From IMG/VR virus record IMGVR_UViG_3300017903_000429, positions 1 through 30,272 of that record: 30,272 nt of DNA, one strand, 5' to 3'. This document shows, piece after piece, positions 23,619 through 30,272 of this stretch (position 1 is its first letter; the number at the start of each line of letters is the position of its first letter). Both the position numbers and the translations under genes were made by a program. The DNA is from a virus (Duplodnaviria; Caudoviricetes). The notes beneath the pieces are model-generated. The model saw nothing but the letters and a program-made list of their open reading frames with translations. It searched no databases and was not told the origin of the DNA.

Positions 23619-26600
23619 GTTTTCTTTATACCAAAGATGAGGAGCAGCGTACTGGAACTAAAACCACGCCTGGAACTGTTGTAACAGCTGGTGAAGCTAG
23701 TTTCATTGATAACCTAAAAGCCGCCTATAATTATAGTGAATATAATAATACCTCAGTTTCTGAATCTATTGCTATGGAAGAGCAATGGGAGCCATACATA
23801 CAAATAATAAATGAGAATAGAGAAAAACTAGGTTTACCTAATAATGTAGCAAATCCAGGTAAATATTTATCTATGGCAATCCTTAATCCAGAAAGAAAAT
23901 ATGCTAGCTACGAAAGAAAAGTAAAAGAGATCTCTAAGGTTATCCAGGATAATCCAGAACTATTTGGTGATTTTAGCCATGAAAAACTTATTGAGAGCGC
24001 AAAAGAAAAAGCCAAAAATGCTTTTAAAGAAAACCAGGAGATAGCTGAGCGATCACCAAGTTTTAGCAATGTTCTTGCAAGATTGACTGGTGAGGGTGCT
24101 TCTTTAATACAAGATCCAGTCGTTATTGGAAGTTTGATGTTTGGTAATGGTCCTGGAAAACTTTACCAACTTGCTCTAAATCAAGCTATTATAGGTGCTG
24201 GATCAGAAGCTTTAATACAGAAAAATGTTAAAGAATGGTACAACAAGACTGGCCTTGAATATACTGATGCGCAATTTTGGCAAGCTATAGCTTATGGAGC
24301 TGGCTTTGGTGCAGCATCACCATTTGTTTTTAGAGCTGGCGGTAAAACAATATCATTCACTGGCGATCAAATAAAAAAAGGGATTGATGCTTATAAAAAA
24401 GCTGGGTTTTTTAAAAGAGGTAGTAAAGAAGAGTTATTATTAAAGGCAGCACAAAACTCTGAAGATGCTATTAATACTAATCCATTAGCAAGTGAAAGTG
24501 AGCATTTACAAAGACTAAGTGAATCTGAGGTAGCGTTAGAATCAAATGACCTGGTTAATATTAGCGAAACACCAGAATCTAATGTTATTCCACCAAAAGA
24601 TGTATTTGAATCTGATAATTTAAATAATGAAGTCTTTAAGTTTGATCCAGATGATCTACAAGTAGATGCAAACCTTTTTCAGTTTAAAGCTGGTGGTGAT
24701 GCTGATGGTGTAACAGATGCACTGCGAGGCGTAAAGAAATGGGATCCGATAAAGTCTGGTCAGATTGTCGTATACGAATACGCTGATGGTAGGCAGTTCA
24801 TCGCAGATGGGCATCAAAGATTAGGCCTTGCAAAAAGGTTAAAAGCTGAGGGCCAGGATGTAACTTTATATGGTATGAAACTTAGAGAGGTAGATGGACA
24901 CACTCCAGCTTTTGCCAGGGTAACTGCTGCATTAAAAAATATTGCTGAGGGTACTGGTACGGCTGTTGATGCTGCAAAAGTATTACGAGTAGATCCGAGC
25001 AAAATAAGTGAATTACCTCCTAGATCTAACCTGGTAAAACAAGCCAGGGCGGTTGTAAACCTTACTGATGAATTATTTGGTTTAGTTGTAAATGATGTTG
25101 TGCCAGCAAAGTTTGCAGCTGTTGTCGGAAGATTAATACCAGACGATCCAGTTTTACAAGAAGCTGCAATGAGAGTGTTGGCCAAAAATTTACCAGATAA
25201 TGAATTTCAAGCTGATGCTATTGTAAGGCAAGTTATTGAATCTGGCGTAAGAAAAGAGACAACTGCCAGCTTGTTCGGTGATGAAGTTATTGCTGAAAGT
25301 TATTTTGTAGAGCGAGCTAAGATACTTGACATGGCACAAAAAGCATTACGCCAGGATAAAAATGCTTTTCAAAACCTTGTAAATAATGCAGAAAGATTAG
25401 AAGCTGAGGGAAACCAGCTAGCTAAAAACGCTAACCAAGAAAGGGTTACAAAAGATGGCCAAGCAATCACGCTCATCACAACGCTTGCAAACAGAAAAGG
25501 GCAACTCAGCGATGCCCTCAATGCAGCAGCAAGGCTTGCAAGAGAAAGTGGGAACTATACCAACGCTTCAAGAGGATTTATCAACGCTGTCAGAAACTCA
25601 ATTAACCAGGGCGATTTCAACCGCCTTGAGTTTGGCAATGTCAGACAGCCTTTCGATGGTGAAGCGAAAGTCCGCACAAGTGAGAATGAACCAGCAAACT
25701 CAAACCTCAACGACTTTGACGAACCAGCTGGACCAGGATCCAGGCAACAATCAGATCAGTTAGAACAAGATCAGTTTGGTGAATTAAGACGGCAAGAGGG
25801 ATTTTTATCAGACCTGGAAGCCAGGCAAGATCTTAACAGAAAACTTGACCAGGGAATGTCTGATGCTGAGATTGATAACCATCCAGCAGTAGTTAGAGCT
25901 ATTGAAGAAGCTAACAAAATACCAAAAACACACGAAGCTGCTAACTATGGCTCACAAGAATGGTTTGCTAATAGAGAGTTTATAGTTGACGGAATGACCT
26001 TAAAAGGGTACGCTCAAGGCATAAACTCGCTAATTGACAGAGCGAAAAAGCTAGCATACACCGATGCAAAGCTCGAAGTACCACCAGGATATAAGGTAAA
26101 AGCTGAGAAAAAAGCGGTAATTTTACTTGGTCCGCCAGCTGCTGGCAAAAGCACTTTTGCTAATGAAATAGCAAGAAAACTTAATGCAGCAATTATAGAT
26201 CCAGATGATGCAAAAAAAATATTACCAGAGTTTCAAGGTGGGATTGGTGCAGCTGCTGTACACGAAGAAAGCTCAGCACTAGCAAAGTTAGTAAAAGAAT
26301 TAATTATTGAAGAGGGTAGTAATGTTGTTGTTCCAAAGGTTGGAGACACAACAGCCAGCATACAAAAACAAATAGATAACCTAAAGTCAAAAGGCTACAA
26401 GGTTACCATAGCAAATATGGATGTAACGCCACAAAATGCTATGAATCGTATGCTTAAAAGATTTATAAATACTGGTAGATTAGTAGATCCTATATATGTT
26501 AGAAGTGTAGGAGAAAAACCAAAACAAACATATGCAGATTTAAAACAACTAAGGAAAGCTGATGGTTACGCCGAAGTCGATAACAACCAAAAACTCGGAG

Positions 26601-26908
26601 AAATCCCAACAGTCAGAGAAGATACAGACGGAATCTTCGAGGGGTTACAATTTCGCAGAAGCGGAGGAGAGAGGGGAGACAGTGGCAGAACAGTGGATGA
26701 CAACATCCCAGGGCAAAGAGTTGATGGCCCAAGTCAAGAAATTGCAGAACAAACAAGCCTAGTTGATGATTTAGATTTAGAGATCCCTACAGAACTTACT
26801 GTAGATGGCGATAGCATTGTTGCTAAAACACAAACATTAAAAGAATTAGAAGAAGAATTTGCGCAAGACCAGCGAATGTTGGACCGCCTTGAGGGTTGTG
26901 TAGTATGA
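23615..26908 (+). CDS. large internal virion polyvalent protein with ParB-like and zeta-toxin-like P-loop kinase domains
   Basis: Gly/Ala-rich membrane-like segment; ParB-like GVKKWDP…FIADGHQRL…N; zeta-like GPPAAGKST…IDPDDAKKILPEF…HEES…RMLKRFINTGRLV. Confidence 0.8.
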   Translation: MSFLYTKDEEQRTGTKTTPGTVVTAGEASFIDNLKAAYNYSEYNNTSVSESIAMEEQWEPYIQIINENREKLGLPNNVANPGKYLSMAILNPERKYASYERKVKEISKVIQDNPELFGDFSHEKLIESAKEKAKNAFKENQEIAERSPSFSNVLARLTGEGASLIQDPVVIGSLMFGNGPGKLYQLALNQAIIGAGSEALIQKNVKEWYNKTGLEYTDAQFWQAIAYGAGFGAASPFVFRAGGKTISFTGDQIKKGIDAYKKAGFFKRGSKEELLLKAAQNSEDAINTNPLASESEHLQRLSESEVALESNDLVNISETPESNVIPPKDVFESDNLNNEVFKFDPDDLQVDANLFQFKAGGDADGVTDALRGVKKWDPIKSGQIVVYEYADGRQFIADGHQRLGLAKRLKAEGQDVTLYGMKLREVDGHTPAFARVTAALKNIAEGTGTAVDAAKVLRVDPSKISELPPRSNLVKQARAVVNLTDELFGLVVNDVVPAKFAAVVGRLIPDDPVLQEAAMRVLAKNLPDNEFQADAIVRQVIESGVRKETTASLFGDEVIAESYFVERAKILDMAQKALRQDKNAFQNLVNNAERLEAEGNQLAKNANQERVTKDGQAITLITTLANRKGQLSDALNAAARLARESGNYTNASRGFINAVRNSINQGDFNRLEFGNVRQPFDGEAKVRTSENEPANSNLNDFDEPAGPGSRQQSDQLEQDQFGELRRQEGFLSDLEARQDLNRKLDQGMSDAEIDNHPAVVRAIEEANKIPKTHEAANYGSQEWFANREFIVDGMTLKGYAQGINSLIDRAKKLAYTDAKLEVPPGYKVKAEKKAVILLGPPAAGKSTFANEIARKLNAAIIDPDDAKKILPEFQGGIGAAAVHEESSALAKLVKELIIEEGSNVVVPKVGDTTASIQKQIDNLKSKGYKVTIANMDVTPQNAMNRMLKRFINTGRLVDPIYVRSVGEKPKQTYADLKQLRKADGYAEVDNNQKLGEIPTVREDTDGIFEGLQFRRSGGERGDSGRTVDDNIPGQRVDGPSQEIAEQTSLVDDLDLEIPTELTVDGDSIVAKTQTLKELEEEFAQDQRMLDRLEGCVV
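25455..25763 (+). CDS. candidate nested out-of-frame ORF (102 aa) inside the polyvalent gene
   Basis: ATG-initiated +1-frame ORF with AAGGG upstream. It coincides with a shift of host-frame codons to C-ending. Confidence 0.45.
   Translation: MAKQSRSSQRLQTEKGNSAMPSMQQQGLQEKVGTIPTLQEDLSTLSETQLTRAISTALSLAMSDSLSMVKRKSAQVRMNQQTQTSTTLTNQLDQDPGNNQIS
25986..26062 (+). promoter_or_regulatory. tandem internal sigma70-like promoters
   Basis: TTGACG(25986-25991)-N17-TACGCT(26009-26014) and TTGACA(26034-26039)-N17-TACACC(26057-26062). Confidence 0.45.
26562..26762 (+). CDS. candidate nested out-of-frame ORF (66 aa), putative zeta antitoxin
   Basis: SD AAGGA (26551-26555) lies 6 nt before the ATG. The C-terminal half looks like an amphipathic helix. 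It starts at the end of the zeta domain, where host-frame codon usage shifts. Confidence 0.55.
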   Translation: MVTPKSITTKNSEKSQQSEKIQTESSRGYNFAEAEERGETVAEQWMTTSQGKELMAQVKKLQNKQA

Positions 26909-29382
26909 GTTTTTTGGATTGTATTACTAATGGTAATCGAGAGGGCAACCTAACCGATGACCAGGCAAGGCTTGCCAGTGATCTTTTTATTGAACTAGAG
27001 GTTGAATACCAGGGCAAAATGAATAGAGGTGCAGCTTCTGCAAGAGCTGCAAAAGAAACTTTTGATAGTTTGAAAAAACTTGCTTCTGAAAAGAAAAGAA
27101 AAAAACTGCTCCAGGTCCAGGCATTTAAACAAGTAGATAAAAATCTAAATGAATATAGAGGGTATAATAATAAGCAAGATTATGCCAAAGCAGCTGAAGC
27201 TCTTATAGAACAAGATGTATTCTCTAAATATTCAAGCTTGGTACAACGTCAACAAGCTATTGAGCAAAGAGCCACTAGTAAATTATATGATGTACTGGCT
27301 ACATTTAAAAGAAACCTTATAGGAGAAACAAGAAACAAAGCTAAATTAAAGAATATGGTCAGAGAAGTTTTTGGCGATGATACTGGCGATGTTAGCGCAA
27401 AAGAGTTTGCATTAGCCTGGAAAGAAGCTGCTGAAGATTTAAGATTGCAATTTAATAGAGCTGGTGGATCTATACCAAAAAGATCTGATTGGGGATTGCC
27501 ACAAAACCATGACCAAATAGTTGTGGGCAAAGCTGGCAAAGCTGAATGGGTCAATTTTACTATGCAAAGATTAGATCCAGAAAAAATGATTGACCATGAA
27601 ACTGGTCTTAAAATGACTGAAGATAGGCTTTTGTTTGCCTTGCAAGATGTTTGGGAAACTATAAGCAGCGGTGGTCTAAACAAAGTTAAGCCTGGTGCTA
27701 TGGCTAGTGGTAGAAAAGCTTTAGCTAACAGCAGAACAGATCATAGATTTTTAGTTTTTAAAGATGCTGATGCCTGGTTAGAATACCAGGAAAGATTTGG
27801 TAACTCTAATCCTTTTGATGTAATGATGGGTCATATTTCGTCTATGTCAAAAGAGATAGCTCAAATGGATATTTTAGGACCAAATCCTTTAGCTACCTTA
27901 GATTTTATAAAAACAAAAATAAAACAAAATGTAGAACCTGGTGATCCAAAAGGTATAAACAAGGCTAACAAATCCGCTAAATATATTGATACTTTATATA
28001 GTGGTTGGTCTGGTAAAAATAATGCACCAATAGATGGTTTTTTTGGTAATACTTTTGCTGGTTTAAGATCGATACTAACAGCAGCTCAGCTTGGTGCAGC
28101 ATCTATATCAGCTATCACTGATTTCAACTTTCAGAGATTAACCAGGGGTTTTGTTGGTTTGCCGCAAGCAAGCACAATAACTGATGTATTAAAGTTATTG
28201 AATCCTTTGTCTGCAACCGAAAAAGGCAAGCTTGCAGTTAGATTAGGTTTGATAGCTGAGGGATGGACTAGTGTAGCTTCAGCGCAAATGAGATACTTGG
28301 GCGATGTTTCTGGTCCAGAAATTACCAGGCGATTATCTGATTTTGTTATGAGGGCAAGCTTTTTATCTCCACTTACTCAAGCTGGTAGGTGGGCGTTTGG
28401 TATGGAGTTCCTGGGTTATCTTGGGGATCAAATACCTAAAACTTTTGACCAGTTAGATGAGCCTATAAGAGCAAGCTTGCAGCGATATGGTATTGGATCA
28501 GATAAATGGGATATCATTAGAACTACGGATTTATATGAACATGATGGCGCAACATTTTTAAGCCATGAAAATATAGCAGCAAGAACTGATATAGATAGTG
28601 ATACGGCCAGGGATTTGTCTCTAAGAGTTTTAGAGATGATAAATACTGAAACAAACTTTGCTGTTCCATCTTCAAGTTTGCGAGGTAAGGTAGCTTTAAT
28701 TGGTGACACTAATCCAGGCACTATAGCTGGTGAGTTATCCAGGTCTTTTGCAATGTATAAAAACTTTGGAACAACCTTAGTTAATACACATTTATATAGA
28801 GGTGTGACACAAAAAGGCGCTGCAAGAAAAGGAACATACCTGGCTGATTTTATAATCACTGGTACAATTATGGGTGCGCTAGCATTACAGCTCAAGGAAA
28901 TGTCAAAAGGTCGAGATCCAAGACCAATGACAAGTGCCGAGTTTTGGGGAGCTGCTTTTATGCAAAGTGGTGGACTAGGTATTTTTGGTGATTTCTTAAT
29001 GTCAGATCACAATAGATTTGGTGGCGGTTTAGCGCAAACAATAGCTGGTCCAGTAGTTGGCCTGGGTGAAGATATTTTAAAATTAACTATGGGCAATGTA
29101 CAGCAAGCCATTGAGGGTGAAGATACAAACTTTGCAAGTGATATGGTTAGGTTTGCTGGAAGATATACACCAGGTAGTTCTATTTGGTACACCAGGTTAG
29201 CTTTAGAAAGAAATATATTACAACAATTAGAACAAATGGCAGATCCAAAAGCTGCAAGAAAATTCAGAAACATAGAAAGAAAGTATGCAAAAGATTACAA
29301 CCAGTCCTATTGGTGGCGACCTGGTTCAGCGGTGCCAGACAGATCAGTAGATTTATCTAACATTTTTGAGGAATCAAGATGA
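26905..29382 (+). CDS. large internal virion (ejection) protein, gp16-like
   Basis: MSFLDCI…FNRAGG…WGLPQNHD…HRFLVFKD…GRDPRPM…GGLGIFGDFL. It has an ATGA overlap at 26905. Confidence 0.8.
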   Translation: MSFLDCITNGNREGNLTDDQARLASDLFIELEVEYQGKMNRGAASARAAKETFDSLKKLASEKKRKKLLQVQAFKQVDKNLNEYRGYNNKQDYAKAAEALIEQDVFSKYSSLVQRQQAIEQRATSKLYDVLATFKRNLIGETRNKAKLKNMVREVFGDDTGDVSAKEFALAWKEAAEDLRLQFNRAGGSIPKRSDWGLPQNHDQIVVGKAGKAEWVNFTMQRLDPEKMIDHETGLKMTEDRLLFALQDVWETISSGGLNKVKPGAMASGRKALANSRTDHRFLVFKDADAWLEYQERFGNSNPFDVMMGHISSMSKEIAQMDILGPNPLATLDFIKTKIKQNVEPGDPKGINKANKSAKYIDTLYSGWSGKNNAPIDGFFGNTFAGLRSILTAAQLGAASISAITDFNFQRLTRGFVGLPQASTITDVLKLLNPLSATEKGKLAVRLGLIAEGWTSVASAQMRYLGDVSGPEITRRLSDFVMRASFLSPLTQAGRWAFGMEFLGYLGDQIPKTFDQLDEPIRASLQRYGIGSDKWDIIRTTDLYEHDGATFLSHENIAARTDIDSDTARDLSLRVLEMINTETNFAVPSSSLRGKVALIGDTNPGTIAGELSRSFAMYKNFGTTLVNTHLYRGVTQKGAARKGTYLADFIITGTIMGALALQLKEMSKGRDPRPMTSAEFWGAAFMQSGGLGIFGDFLMSDHNRFGGGLAQTIAGPVVGLGEDILKLTMGNVQQAIEGEDTNFASDMVRFAGRYTPGSSIWYTRLALERNILQQLEQMADPKAARKFRNIERKYAKDYNQSYWWRPGSAVPDRSVDLSNIFEESR

Positions 29383-30272
29383 CAGTATCAACAACAATTA
29401 TAAAAAATTCATATAGTGGTGATGGCTCACAACATAGTTTTGCATATGGTTTTAAAATATTCGCCGATGCAGACTTAGATGTAATTATTAGAAGCTCTAC
29501 TGGAACTGAAACAGTTAAGGTTTTAGATACTGATTATGTTGTGACTAACGCTGGAAATGATAGCGGCGGTAATGTTTTATTTAAATATAATACTGGCAAC
29601 ACTGGTGATGCACATTATTCAGCTACTGATAAAAGGCCGCAATCTGGTGAAACTGTTATTATAAGACGTGGATTAGATATTACACAATCAACAGATTATG
29701 TTGCTAATGATCCTTTTCCAGCTGAAAGCCATGAGGATGCTCTTGATAGACTTACATTCATAAGCCAGGAACTACAAGAATCTATAGATAGATCTATAAA
29801 ACTTTCAAGAACGAATACTATGACTTCTACTGAATTTACAGTGGGAGCTTCAGATAGAGCAAATAAAATATTAGCTTTTGATAGTTCTGGTGAAATACAA
29901 GTTACACAAGAGCTTGGCACATTCCAGGGTGATTGGGCAGCAAGTACAGCTTATGAAATAAGAGATATTGTAAAAGACACAAGCACTAATAATATTTTCA
30001 TAGTAACTAGCGCACACACATCCAGCGGATCCCAGCCATTAACAACTAACGCTAATAGTGCTAAATATTCACTTATTGTAGATGCAGCTTCTGCAACAAC
30101 AAGCGCAACCAATGCTGCCGCTTCAGCAACAACTGCTACAACGAAAGCAAGTGAAGCAGCTACTTCTGCAACTAACGCAGCTACAAGCGAAACAAATGCA
30201 GCGACAAGTGCAACTACAGCATCAACAAAGGCTAGTGAAGCAAGTACATCTGCCACAAACGCTGCAACGTCA
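29379..30272 (+). CDS. tail fibre protein (T7 gp17-like N-terminal adaptor domain), truncated by window end
   Basis: MTVSTTIIKNSYSGDGSQHSFAYGFKIF…DYVANDPFPAESHEDALDRLT, then Ala/Thr/Ser-rich repeats from about 30080. The frame appears open to the window end. Confidence 0.88.
   Translation, partial: MTVSTTIIKNSYSGDGSQHSFAYGFKIFADADLDVIIRSSTGTETVKVLDTDYVVTNAGNDSGGNVLFKYNTGNTGDAHYSATDKRPQSGETVIIRRGLDITQSTDYVANDPFPAESHEDALDRLTFISQELQESIDRSIKLSRTNTMTSTEFTVGASDRANKILAFDSSGEIQVTQELGTFQGDWAASTAYEIRDIVKDTSTNNIFIVTSAHTSSGSQPLTTNANSAKYSLIVDAASATTSATNAAASATTATTKASEAATSATNAATSETNAATSATTASTKASEASTSATNAATS

Noticed and set aside
25326-25352. TTGACA upstream of the first nested ORF as an internal promoter
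   Set aside because: There is no acceptable -10 hexamer at 16-18 bp spacing.
12283-30256. Long minus-strand ORFs opposite structural genes
   Set aside because: They are antisense shadows with no SD or recognisable motifs.
30080-30272. Repetitive GCA/ACA-rich sequence as a DNA repeat array or CRISPR
   Set aside because: It is a degenerate Ala/Thr/Ser coding repeat of the tail fibre, with no fixed repeat-spacer structure.
1-30272. tRNA, rRNA, CRISPR array, intron/intein or reverse transcriptase
   Set aside because: None was recognised by eye. terL and the other core genes are of normal length and uninterrupted.

Overview
The window is most of the genome of a low-GC, short-tailed (podovirus-type) dsDNA phage. 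Its gene order resembles marine HTVC010P/BPP-1-like phages, and promoter shapes suggest an alphaproteobacterial host (inference). The order is: lysis genes; four small very basic proteins; a tyrosine integrase; a leftward recombination operon; a divergent promoter pair with a Cro-like HTH gene; a rightward middle operon (VRR-NUC, DUF6378-like, an iteron-bearing ORF, a DUF6362/Q-like regulator); a leftward accessory cassette with a TGT/DpdA-like base-exchange enzyme; then terS, terL, portal, scaffold, capsid, tail tube, internal virion proteins and a truncated tail fibre. No DNA polymerase, primase, helicase or CI repressor is recognisable. Four signals stand out. (1) A 1097-aa internal virion protein carries ParB-like and zeta-toxin kinase domains. 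Each domain is followed by an out-of-frame nested ORF marked by an abrupt codon-usage shift, and tandem internal promoters lie upstream of the zeta domain. This may be a toxin/nested-antitoxin system hidden in a virion gene. (2) A ~160-nt promoter-to-terminator RNA before terS has an exact 18-nt complement to the RBS and start codon of the first early recombination gene. (3) CCWGG is strongly over-represented. (4) An ACGTCA operator-like motif is shared by four early/middle promoters. All family assignments come from motif recognition, not database searches.
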